Positions 16,867 to 26,200 of a stretch of 64,000 nt of DNA are shown here, piece by piece. Both the position numbers and the translations under genes were made by a program. Each line of letters starts with the position of its first letter. The first letter of the stretch is position 1. Source of the stretch: an archaeon BMS3Abin17 (GTDB lineage: Archaea; Nanobdellota; Nanobdellia; Pacearchaeales; GW2011-AR1); assembly GCA_002897655.1 (NCBI GenBank), contig BDTJ01000031.1, forward strand, positions 19,497 through 83,496, read 5' to 3'. Under the pieces are notes generated by a model. It made no database searches. It was not told where the DNA came from and was given only the letters and a program-made list of their open reading frames with translations.

Positions 16867-18687
16867 CTACTTCCCCATTGCTTTTAGCTTTTTCAAGACA
16901 TCGTCGATGTCTCCCTTGGGCCTTCTTGCAGGTGGTCTTCCCGGAGCTCTGCGTGCTGGAGGTAATATTCTTCTTGGCATTGGTCTTCCTGGATGCATTC
17001 TGGAAGGGGTTGAAGGAAATGCAGAAGGAGGTACTCTTGGTCCTGGTTTACCTCTCTTGAATTTTGATTTTATTTTAAACCAATAAGGTCTTAATTTATC
17101 TCTGAATATTATTGCAACGATTAATAATATTATTAAAATCAACAACAGCCAAACCCACCAGTAACCTCCTTTTGGAGGAGGAGTTGTATCCTCAACACAG
17201 CAAATACCCCCACCATTACAATCATCACTGGATTCTTTTTCAGCATTATTACAATCAAATGATCTGCAGGTTCCTCCATAAGATTCACATTCTGTTTCAT
17301 CTGCAGGGGTCTGGCATGAACCTCCAATACAGCACTCTTGCCCGATATCTAAATCAGAAGCACTCTGAACCATTCCTCCTACACACTCTTCAACTGAATT
17401 ACATATATCTCCTCCTTGCTCATCACAAGTATCTAAAGATTCTGGCTCTGTACAGCATTTAAAAGTTCCTGAACATTCATAATTTGATTTAATTATCCCG
17501 TCACAATTTATTTTAGACACACAAAAAAATCCTGCCTCTTCACAATCAAAATCTTCAGGACCTGTATTATCTCCCCCTCCTGTTCTTCTTGGCCAAAGAG
17601 AATATAATATGAATGCAGTATTTCTTGTATTTTCTGAATCCCAGCAACCAGAATCTCCCTGAACCTCTAAAAGCCAGTCTTTGGAATTTTGCTTTTCAAG
17701 TGGTTCAATAGACTGAAAGGGATATAATGCAAGGGCAGTATCATAGAATTTGTCTCCTGCTTCGTCCCAATACTTGCTGCTTTTTTGTTTTAACAACAAG
17801 TCATTTTTAAAATCAGCATAACCAGTCAAAAGATACAGAAAAGCTTCTGGAAGATATTTTTCATTCTCATCTGCCATTGTGACTAAATAAGGAATATATG
17901 CAGAAACATCATTGTCAAGGTAATCCAATACTAACGTAGCCCACAAACTTCCCTCATAATCGCAGTCACTTCCTTCTGCAAAGCAAAGAGAATTAACTGT
18001 TTCTGTTGTTATTCCTTCTGCTGATGCTTTATGCGCATTTTCTGAGACATGTATTGTGGAAGAATCATCTTTCTTGAATAACAGGGTTGTCAAAAAACCC
18101 TTGTCACAAGAAGTATCAAATTCAAGGTCATAACAATTTGGGGCAACCTTAAGCCAGTACTCATGACTCTCCAGACTCAAACAGCTTCCTGCTCCTGAGC
18201 TTAATTTTTTATTATTCCCTATATCTATATCGTAAGAATCATCTGAATATGTCACTGTGCAGGATGTATCATCCTCTGAATTTTCTATTTCCAAAAACCA
18301 GTCAATATTAGAGGGAATAGTGTTTTGTGACAATAACCATTCTTCTGCATTTGCTGTTGAAGTTCCAACACTATCCAAAGCTAAAGTAGCAAGGGCTGTT
18401 AATTTTAAATCACAGCTTCCTGACGGCCAGCATTCTTTATCTCCTTCTGCTTCATCAATAAGCTCTTCCTTACATTCGCCTAAAGCAAGAAGAGAAAAAA
18501 TCTTTTCTTCTAAGGAAAGTGAATCACAATTGTCAACTACTTTATCCTCAAGACACCCATATGCTTTATCTATTTTGGAAGCCACATCATCTGCATCACT
18601 TACATTAACATCTGCTGCAATTACTAATTGAAGAACAAGCATCAAACTGATAATTAATACACTAAATAAATACACACCCTTTTTCAT
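16867..18687 (-). CDS. Surface protein with a prenyltransferase/squalene-cyclase-like alpha-toroid repeat region, Cys-rich modules, a TM anchor and a Pro/Arg-rich cytoplasmic tail
   Basis: Signal peptide. Repeats such as EEKIFSLLALGEC, LKLTALATLALDSVG and NTAFILYSLWP. Cys modules (FKCCTEPE, ECCIGGSCQ, GGICCVED). TM segment WWVWLLLILIILLIVAIIF. Tail PGPRVPPSAFPSTPSRMHPGRPMPRRILPPARRAPGRPPARRP. Confidence 0.65.
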   Translation of the reverse strand: MKKGVYLFSVLIISLMLVLQLVIAADVNVSDADDVASKIDKAYGCLEDKVVDNCDSLSLEEKIFSLLALGECKEELIDEAEGDKECWPSGSCDLKLTALATLALDSVGTSTANAEEWLLSQNTIPSNIDWFLEIENSEDDTSCTVTYSDDSYDIDIGNNKKLSSGAGSCLSLESHEYWLKVAPNCYDLEFDTSCDKGFLTTLLFKKDDSSTIHVSENAHKASAEGITTETVNSLCFAEGSDCDYEGSLWATLVLDYLDNDVSAYIPYLVTMADENEKYLPEAFLYLLTGYADFKNDLLLKQKSSKYWDEAGDKFYDTALALYPFQSIEPLEKQNSKDWLLEVQGDSGCWDSENTRNTAFILYSLWPRRTGGGDNTGPEDFDCEEAGFFCVSKINCDGIIKSNYECSGTFKCCTEPESLDTCDEQGGDICNSVEECVGGMVQSASDLDIGQECCIGGSCQTPADETECESYGGTCRSFDCNNAEKESSDDCNGGGICCVEDTTPPPKGGYWWVWLLLILIILLIVAIIFRDKLRPYWFKIKSKFKRGKPGPRVPPSAFPSTPSRMHPGRPMPRRILPPARRAPGRPPARRPKGDIDDVLKKLKAMGK

Positions 18688-18718
18688 GAGATATATAATT
18701 AATGATTGTTTTTAAAAT

Positions 18719-18748
18719 TATCTCTATTTTGATTTATGTTTTTGGTTT
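18719..18748. repeat. Left copy of a ~30-bp direct repeat that duplicates the 3' end of the primase gene
   Basis: TATCTCTATTTTGATTTATGTTTTTGGTTT versus TATCTCTATTTTGCTTTATGTTTTGTTTTC at 19587-19615. Confidence 0.7.
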
Positions 18749-18904
18749 AAACACCCCAGAACTCTAAGAGAAAAGTCTTAATTCCCAGACAAACTATATC
18801 ATTCTTATATCAAAGGGGTATGAGATTTTCCTAACTTATTCAGATTTAGGTCTCCACTTGTAAACATTGCTATGATGATCAAAATCAAAAAGTCCTTGTG
18901 TTTT

Positions 18905-18997
18905 ACCGCACCTTAAAAGGTGCGGTTTGTTTGGACTTTAGGATGTCCAAGGATTCATCCACACACTAAAGTGTGTGGTTTTCTCCAGAATCCTTGG
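18905..18997. repeat. Hairpin cluster: ACCGCACC/GGTGCGGT, plus nested CCAAGGATTC(CCACACAC-TAAA-GTGTGTGG)GAATCCTTGG
   Basis: Perfect 8-bp, 8-bp and 10-bp inverted repeats at 18905-18926, 18959-18978 and 18947-18956/18988-18997. GC-enriched relative to the surroundings. Confidence 0.7.
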
Positions 18998-19235
18998 CAT
19001 AATAAATTATTAATGTTTTTTTGGTATGGTCTAGTTTGAATATTAATACAAAATGCTTATCAATATGGACTCTGTTAAATATTTGCAGGGGTTTTTTAAG
19101 AAATTTATAAGAATGAGCTGGATTTTCTCTTACTTGTTTTATTTTCTTATCAATTATACTTAATTGACTGGGATTTTTTTTAGATAACTTAATAAATATT
19201 TTATCAGCTTCCTTTTTTATTTCTAAGCCATACAT
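18966..19235 (-). CDS. RelE-family toxin (C-terminus apparently replaced)
   Basis: Homologous to 41104..41394 (NRVHIDKHFVLIFKLD versus RRVHIDRSFVLAFKVD). The last 10 codons (AKDSGENHTL) are encoded by the nested hairpin element instead of the DHHDKIY-type end. Confidence 0.65.
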   Translation of the reverse strand: MYGLEIKKEADKIFIKLSKKNPSQLSIIDKKIKQVRENPAHSYKFLKKPLQIFNRVHIDKHFVLIFKLDHTKKTLIIYYAKDSGENHTL

Positions 19236-19236
19236 T

Positions 19237-19470
19237 TTATTTTATGTTGTATCTCTTAGAAAAGTTTTCAACTTTTATAGTTTTTTGTTTCTCAATTTTC
19301 CTTATCTTCTTAACAAACTCAGGTCTTAGATCAGGTTCATCTTCAAAATCAATAAATTTTTTAACAACAAGATTTATAGCTTCTCCTTTATCCTTTAAAC
19401 CAAATTTAGCTTTAACCACATTTAATACCCTATTAGTATTCTCATCAATTTTTATTAAAGCATTTACCAT
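19237..19470 (-). CDS. Antitoxin (DUF2683-like) paired with RelE
   Basis: DENTNRVLNVVKAKFGLKDKGEAIN is homologous to NDYTNRVLGIIKLKFGLKDKSGALN in 41397..41657. 1-nt gap to the toxin gene. Confidence 0.65.
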   Translation of the reverse strand: MVNALIKIDENTNRVLNVVKAKFGLKDKGEAINLVVKKFIDFEDEPDLRPEFVKKIRKIEKQKTIKVENFSKRYNIK

Positions 19471-19586
19471 CTTATTTAACCTTATTTGAACTAAGTTAGA
19501 CTTATTTATAATCCTTTCTATTAAGATTTATATCAAACGCTCCACCAGAGATTTGACCAGTTTAAACTTAGGATGTTAATATTAAC

Positions 19587-19615
19587 TATCTCTATTTTGC
19601 TTTATGTTTTGTTTT
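19587..19615. repeat. Right copy of the ~30-bp direct repeat (overlaps the primase stop codon and last codons)
   Basis: See 18719-18748. About 27 of 30 positions are identical, with one 1-nt indel. Confidence 0.7.
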
Positions 19616-21142
19616 CTTTGCCGACTTGTTTGCCTGAAAGTTCTTTCGAACAACATAATTTACAGGATTTTTAATTAACTTGCAAAAATCATCTGGTTGG
19701 CATACTCCTATTCCCTGATAAAACTCCCTGCAGTTTGAAGGCATTACAGGTTTTCTTCTGTAAGTCCAGGATAATTGTGATTTAATATAACCCTCTTTTA
19801 ATGCCACCTTATTTTTTTTATTCCAATCATAAATTCTTTTTTCCAATTCATCTCTTTCCATACCAATAGAGCGAAATAGATTTATCAGGGCAAACACAGA
19901 ACGTTTTTTTCCATCATCAATTCCCTGGAGTATTTTTTTTATACAAGGTGGGAAGTTTGCCTCAGATAAATTAGAAAGTTTGATTGGTTTGTAATCCGCA
20001 AATTTCCCAGTTATTTTTTCCCGAATTTCTTTAGGTTTATTAATGCTATACCAATCTAATGCTTGCAATACAAGTTCTTTTGCTTCACCTTCCTGTGCCT
20101 TTGGCATAAAGTCTTTTATTTTTATTTTCATTGGGCTTGCATCTTTAAGTTCAAAATTTTCAAGTTCTTCTATATCTATTACAACAGAAGCCAAAGCAGT
20201 CTTTTCATGCAGAGAGTATGGCATTCTGAACAAATGCCTTGGAGATACTAAAGCTAAATCTAAACCCATTAATTCAAATAAATCTGCTTCTATTGCAGTA
20301 GAAAAATTATTTTGGTTATTCTTTGAATTTTTTTGGCATTTTCCACACTCGTAAAAAATTATAAACTTTTTTTTATCAAATTTATCCCCACAATTAGGGC
20401 ATTTAAATATCTGTTTATCTCCAACCTCAAGTTTCCTTTGCTCACCCATATTACATTTACTGCAAAAAAAGTCTGTTAATTCATATTCACTTACAATTTC
20501 ACTGCAATTATTGCATTTTATTCCTCTTTTAATATCAACTTCCTTAAATTGCTTATAAAAATCTTCTGGGAGTATTTTTTTTAATGACCTTTCTGCTTCA
20601 AATCTAATATATCCCACAATCTTTCTTGGAAGTTCCGGGAACATATCCTTTGTCTGTACATTATTAATTTCTTTTGGGAAGGCTTTCCAGGGAATTAAAA
20701 TATGCCATCCTTTTGAACCTGAAAATTTCAGTCGGATATTTTTAATTCCATTATTCCTAAGCACTTCTATAATTGCCTTGGCTGCTAATTTGCTATAATC
20801 AAACCACTTACAATCTATATCTAAAACAAGGTCCCATCCAATTCTTATTTCATTTAATTGCTCTTCATTCATTCCTGTCACAATTTTTAAAGGGTCTTCC
20901 CAGAGCTCTTCTGAACAGTGAAGAGATGTTGCGCCTTTTTTCACTAATTCAAATATGTCCCCTTTATACTGCAAGGAATCAGGGCGCTTTCCAAATCCCT
21001 CAAAATATCTTGGAGTGACTTCTCTGTTTTTAGAAAACTCAAACATTGCCTCCTGCACATCTTTTCTGGAATAATATAATTGAGTTACCTTTCTTATCCT
21101 CTGCTCTTTGAAGCTTGGCTCTTTATCTTCTGTTTTTTCCAT
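19592..21142 (-). CDS. DNA primase, fused PriS (catalytic AEP) and PriL C-terminal Fe-S domain
   Basis: AEP motifs WDLVLDIDC and FSGSKGWHILIPW. Inserted Zn ribbons (CNNCSE...CSKC, CPNCGD...CGKC). C-terminal FPPCIKKIL...KRSVFALINLF...NCREFY...CQPDDFC resembles PriL-CTD. Confidence 0.8.
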   Translation of the reverse strand: MEKTEDKEPSFKEQRIRKVTQLYYSRKDVQEAMFEFSKNREVTPRYFEGFGKRPDSLQYKGDIFELVKKGATSLHCSEELWEDPLKIVTGMNEEQLNEIRIGWDLVLDIDCKWFDYSKLAAKAIIEVLRNNGIKNIRLKFSGSKGWHILIPWKAFPKEINNVQTKDMFPELPRKIVGYIRFEAERSLKKILPEDFYKQFKEVDIKRGIKCNNCSEIVSEYELTDFFCSKCNMGEQRKLEVGDKQIFKCPNCGDKFDKKKFIIFYECGKCQKNSKNNQNNFSTAIEADLFELMGLDLALVSPRHLFRMPYSLHEKTALASVVIDIEELENFELKDASPMKIKIKDFMPKAQEGEAKELVLQALDWYSINKPKEIREKITGKFADYKPIKLSNLSEANFPPCIKKILQGIDDGKKRSVFALINLFRSIGMERDELEKRIYDWNKKNKVALKEGYIKSQLSWTYRRKPVMPSNCREFYQGIGVCQPDDFCKLIKNPVNYVVRKNFQANKSAKKTKHKAK

Positions 21143-21144
21143 TT

Positions 21145-21645
21145 TTAGCCTAATAGTGATTTTAGTAAATTAATCTCCTTTATTGAGTTTATAACCCCTG
21201 AAGGATTATTCTTAACTAAACCTAATAATTCCCCTTTAGTAAACCATCTAATCTCTGCGACCTCTTTCTTATCAATAACAAAATCTTCTGAGTCCTTGTC
21301 AATTATCAAAAAGAACCATTGTGTGAAATGATTATAATCTTGGGAAGCAACTCTCTGTTTAGGACCTTTTTTTAATTTAATACTTAATAATCCTAATTCT
21401 TCCTCTGCTTCTTTTATAATATTCTGCTCGTAAGTCTCGTCTTTGGCAATAGTGCCGGCAACAGCAGGTCCCCATAATCCAGGATGCTTTTTTTTAGTAT
21501 AAGCTCTTTTAGCAAGAAGTATCTTTCCTTCAGTATTTTTAATCCAAAGTGCTGATACTCGATATATATCTTGGGGGTTTAATCTTTCTCTTTCTTTAAA
21601 ACCTATGATATTATCACTGTCCTCAACTATTGTTATTTCCTCCAT
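21145..21645 (-). CDS. NUDIX hydrolase
   Basis: Nudix box AGTIAKDETYEQNIIKEAEEELGL. 2-nt gap to the primase gene. Confidence 0.8.
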   Translation of the reverse strand: MEEITIVEDSDNIIGFKERERLNPQDIYRVSALWIKNTEGKILLAKRAYTKKKHPGLWGPAVAGTIAKDETYEQNIIKEAEEELGLLSIKLKKGPKQRVASQDYNHFTQWFFLIIDKDSEDFVIDKKEVAEIRWFTKGELLGLVKNNPSGVINSIKEINLLKSLLG

Positions 21646-21737
21646 TTGTAGTTAAATCACCAAAAGTTTATATAAATATCCTCTACTTAACAATAACAAT
21701 GCTTAAAAAACAAGGCTTGTTTTAAAAATAGATTAAA

Positions 21738-22463
21738 ATGCTGGTGAAATTAGATAACCCTATATTATTATCAAAGGCTGTGGAAATCATATCTGAGTTA
21801 GTTACAGAAGTAAGGATTAAGGTAAATGAGTTTGGAATGAGCATTACTGCAATGGACCCTGCAAATGTTGCTATGATTGGATTTAGGCTTCCAAAAGCAT
21901 CTTTTTCACAGTTTGAAACAGGAGAAGAGAGTTTGGGGATTAATCTTGATAGTTTAAAGCAGATTTTGAAAAGAGGAGGAGCTGGAAGCTCATTGATTTT
22001 AGAGAAAAAGGAAAATATGTTGAATATACAAATTCAAGACAGAATCAAGAGAAATTTTAATTTGAGTTTAATTGATATTGAAGGTGAAGAAAAAGAAATG
22101 CCAAATCTTGAGTTTAGCTCAAGAGTTGAACTGGATTCTGTTGATTTGGTTGCATCAATTGAGGATTGTGGGGTTGTTGCAGATGCATGTTCTTTTATAA
22201 TTCAAGATGGAAAATTCATAATTGAAGCAAAAGGTTTGAACTCTGCAAGATCTGAGTTTTCTGGTGATGAAGCAAAGATACAAGCAGAAAATTGCAAGTC
22301 AAGATATAGTTTAGAGTATCTGCAAAAATTTATCAAAGGTTCAAAACTTTCTGAAAAAACAATTCTTAATTTTGCAAATGACCATCCATTAAAGATGGAC
22401 ATAAAAACCCAGCACATGGGTTTGTCATTCATCCTTGCCCCAAGAGTTGAGACTGATGACTAA
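21738..22463 (+). CDS. pcn: DNA polymerase sliding clamp PCNA
   Basis: 241 aa. The N-terminal region (LSKAVEIISELVTEVRIKVNEFGMSITAMDPANVAM) and the two-domain length are typical of archaeal PCNA. Confidence 0.88.
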   Translation: MLVKLDNPILLSKAVEIISELVTEVRIKVNEFGMSITAMDPANVAMIGFRLPKASFSQFETGEESLGINLDSLKQILKRGGAGSSLILEKKENMLNIQIQDRIKRNFNLSLIDIEGEEKEMPNLEFSSRVELDSVDLVASIEDCGVVADACSFIIQDGKFIIEAKGLNSARSEFSGDEAKIQAENCKSRYSLEYLQKFIKGSKLSEKTILNFANDHPLKMDIKTQHMGLSFILAPRVETDD

Positions 22464-22508
22464 TTACATTCTAACAAAATTTATAAGTGCTAAATTACTA
22501 ATTGTTTT

Positions 22509-23285
22509 ATGAAAAAGAGGGCGCAGGTGAGTGTTTTTATAATAGTTGGGATAATAATTGTAGCTGCAATCTCATTGTTCTTTTTATTAGATGGAACTCT
22601 TACTCCCTCAACAGGAGGAAGTTCTGAAATAAGCCCTAATTCTTATATGGAATCTTGTCTTGAAGATAAGATTATGGAAGCAACAGAATTAATTTCTGCA
22701 CAAGGAGGATATGTGGAAAATCCTTTAAACTTCACATTTAAGTTTGAAGATGAAGAAGATTACAAAGGTATTTCTTATTTATGTTATAATCAAAATTATT
22801 ATAATCCATGCATAGTTCAAGAGCCAATGCTTATTCAGCATCTAAAAGACGAGGTTTATAATTATATTCAAGAGGATGTTAGAAATTGTTTTGATGATTT
22901 AACTTCCAGTTTGGAGAGCAAAGGATTTACCATAGATGCCAGATACAGGGATTTTGAGGTTGAGTTAATTTCTAAAAAAGTTGTCCTGAACATAGATGCT
23001 GAAATTACAGCGACAAAAACAGACGAGATTAAGGAAATTAATGATTTAAAGACCTTTACTTCAACAGAATTTTATGATTTGGCACTTGTTGTGCAAGAGA
23101 TTGTAAGTCAGGAAGCAGAGTATTGTAATTTTAATCACTTAGGATATATGTTATTATATCCTGAATTTAAAATAGATAAATTTGAAACAGGAGATACAGA
23201 AACAATTTATACTGTGAAATATAAGAAAACAGAAGAGAGGTTTAGATTTGCTATAAGGAGTTGTGTAATCCCTCCAGGAATATAA
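22509..23285 (+). CDS. Pilin-like protein with a class III (prepilin-type) signal peptide; module A partner
   Basis: N-terminus MKKRAQVSVFIIVGIIIVAAISLFFLL ([KR][GA]-Q followed by a hydrophobic helix). Paralogue of 27709..28527, sharing conserved SAQGG, YLCYN..YY..C.VQ.PML and CFD.L. Confidence 0.7.
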   Translation: MKKRAQVSVFIIVGIIIVAAISLFFLLDGTLTPSTGGSSEISPNSYMESCLEDKIMEATELISAQGGYVENPLNFTFKFEDEEDYKGISYLCYNQNYYNPCIVQEPMLIQHLKDEVYNYIQEDVRNCFDDLTSSLESKGFTIDARYRDFEVELISKKVVLNIDAEITATKTDEIKEINDLKTFTSTEFYDLALVVQEIVSQEAEYCNFNHLGYMLLYPEFKIDKFETGDTETIYTVKYKKTEERFRFAIRSCVIPPGI

Positions 23286-23286
23286 T

Positions 23287-26200
23287 ATGAAAATAGGAAA
23301 TTTTCAAATCCTCGTTTGTAGGAATGATACAAACACCCAAAGAGGTGTAAACAAATATCGGAAAATGAAAATCAAAACAAAAATAGAATTTATAGTATTA
23401 ATAGTTGCAATAATTCAGATTTTATTATTAATTAATTTCACAGTTGCTAATAGTTATATGATTAATCAGGTACATAGTTCAATTGAGAATACAAAAATTG
23501 ATGAGGGAGAAAATGATATTACAGATTTAATAAATACTGGAATAAGTTTATTGATTGGATTTTTATCTATAAAACAAATTGGAGTTGTTTCTGCAGGAAG
23601 TGATGCGCATTGGGATTGCTGTCCTTTAACTGTTGATGGAGCTATATGCCAGGATATTTCTTCTGAAGATGTTAATTCTTGTGCTGTTAATGTTTTTCCA
23701 TATCAATCGTGTGATGAAAACACTGTAACAGATTGTAAAAAAGGATGTTGTATTGACGACGAGCAAGGATTATGTACAGAGAGTTCTACAAAAGTAAAAT
23801 GTGAGAATGATGGAGGAAGATGGGACGATGATGATAATTGTGGAATTACAGAATGTCAAAGAGGATGTTGTATTTTAGGAAATAATGCTAAATTTGTAAC
23901 AAGTGGGCAGTGTGAATATCAGGCCTCATCTTTAGGTTATGAACTTGATTTTAGAGATATTAATAATGAAATAGATTGTTTATATCTTAGTGTTAGTGAA
24001 GAAACAGGTGCTTGTGTTTATAGTGAAGGAGATTGTAATATTAAAACAGAAACAGAATGTGCTTCAAATGGAGGAGTGTTTGAAAAAAACTGGCTGTGTT
24101 CTCATCCTGATTTAGGAACTATTTGTGAAAGACACGCTTCTGTTAATTGTGTTGAAGACGAAGATGAAATTTATTGGTTTGATTCATGTGGAAATAAAGA
24201 AAATATTTATTCATCTGACAAAGATGCTTCATGGAATAATGGAAAAATGTTGTCTAAAGGAGAAAGTTGTGGTTCTGGAAATGCAAATATTGATTCAACA
24301 ACTTGTGGCAATTGTAATTATAATCTTGGAAGCACTTGTTCTGATGTCAATTTAGGAACAAGCATACAAGACGGGAATTTTGTTTGCAAGGATTTGGGAT
24401 GTTTTGATGAAGAGGGAAATGAAAGATACAATGGAGAAAGTTGGTGTGTTTATGATAATTCAATTGGGGAAGTGACAAGTTTCTGGGGGGATAATTTTGC
24501 AAGTGATCCTGTTGGAAGCAGGCACTGGAGAGTTTATTGTTATGATGGAGAGGTTGTAACAGAAGGATGCTCTGATTATAGGGGAGAAATTTGCACTCAG
24601 TATGATATGGAAGATAATGGAAAAACATATTCTGTTGCAGAGTGCACTACAAATGATGCATTTACATGTTTGAATTATAATCAGGATGAAGAGGAGATGG
24701 AGGAAAAGTGCAAGGATAATTCACACTGCATGATTAAGAGTGTTGATGTTGATGAGTATTTTAAGTTTAACTTATGTGTTGGAAAATACCCTCGTGGATT
24801 TGATTTATCTGGTAATGAAAACAGTGAAAATAGAGTATTATGCGGAATGGCAAGCATGACCTGTACTGTTGTTAAGCTTAGAGAATGGGATGGTGAATGG
24901 GGATGTGAATCAAATTGTGAATGTGAGGATGCTGAATTCGCTCAAAAAATGAATAATTTATGTGTGTCCTTGGGAGATTGTGGAAGTTATATTAATTATG
25001 TTGGAGAGGGAACAGATAATATTGGAGTACTTGGAGGTTCTGAATCAGCTCTTTGGACAGACTACAAAAAATACAAGAAACCAATTTCAGGAAAATATGC
25101 AAACCCTCAAAGTGCAGAATATATATTAGGTTTTCTTGGAACAAGTGTAAATGAATATGATGACAGTAGTAATGGAACTATTACGACACTTTCAATGTTA
25201 GGAACAATTACAGGTGGATTAGGGAGTGCAATTGTGGGGGCAGGGGTTCTTGGATTATTTGGAGCGACAGCAACAGCCACAGCTCCTGCAAGTACGGGCC
25301 TATTAGGAGCAGGAGGATTAGCAGCATATCCAACTCTTCAAGCATTTGGAGCAGCAGGAATTGGCTTGGCAATTGGGATGCTTGTTGGATATTTAATATC
25401 AAATATGCTTGGAATATCAGGAACACCTGCAACAATAATCACAATTGCAGCAGGAATTACAGGAGCATTAGTCGGGTTATTTCTTCTTGAGAAAGTCGCT
25501 TGGATAATCCCTGTTGTAGGAGCTATTGTTACAGTGATTATAATTTTATGGTCATGGCTTAGTGGATGGGGAGATGTTGAAGAAAAAGATATTGAATTTA
25601 ATTGTTATCCATGGGAAGCTCCTACAGGAGGGAATGATTGTCATTTATGCAATGAAGATGAATCAAAACCATGTTCTGAATATAGATGTGAATCTCTTGG
25701 GCAGGCATGTGTATTATTAAATGAAAGAACAGATAAACCAATTTGTGAATCTGTTCCAAATGACCATACCTCTCCTGTAATTAGTTCTGGAGAGATTTAT
25801 AATTATACTAATGCATTAAATAATCCCGTTGAAGAGCTTCAGATAGATCCAACTTATGATTTTTTAAATGAAGAATCAAAATATGTTGAATTGAGAAAAA
25901 ATGATTCTGAGTGTATTGATGAGTGGACTCCTGTTTTATTCACATTATCAACAGATGAATATGCTCAATGTAAGTATAGTTATGAAAGAGATTATACAAA
26001 TTTTGAAGATATGAAAGAATATCCTAATGACGATAATACTTATAACAAAAACCATACTTTTGTGTTTTTTATGCCTAGTTTAGATGCATTAGAAGTTAAT
26101 AATGTTAGTGGAGATTTAAAAGAAAGGTTTGGAAATACAAATATTTACACAAGGTGTAGGGATTATCACGATAATTATAATGTAGAAGAACATGTTGTGA

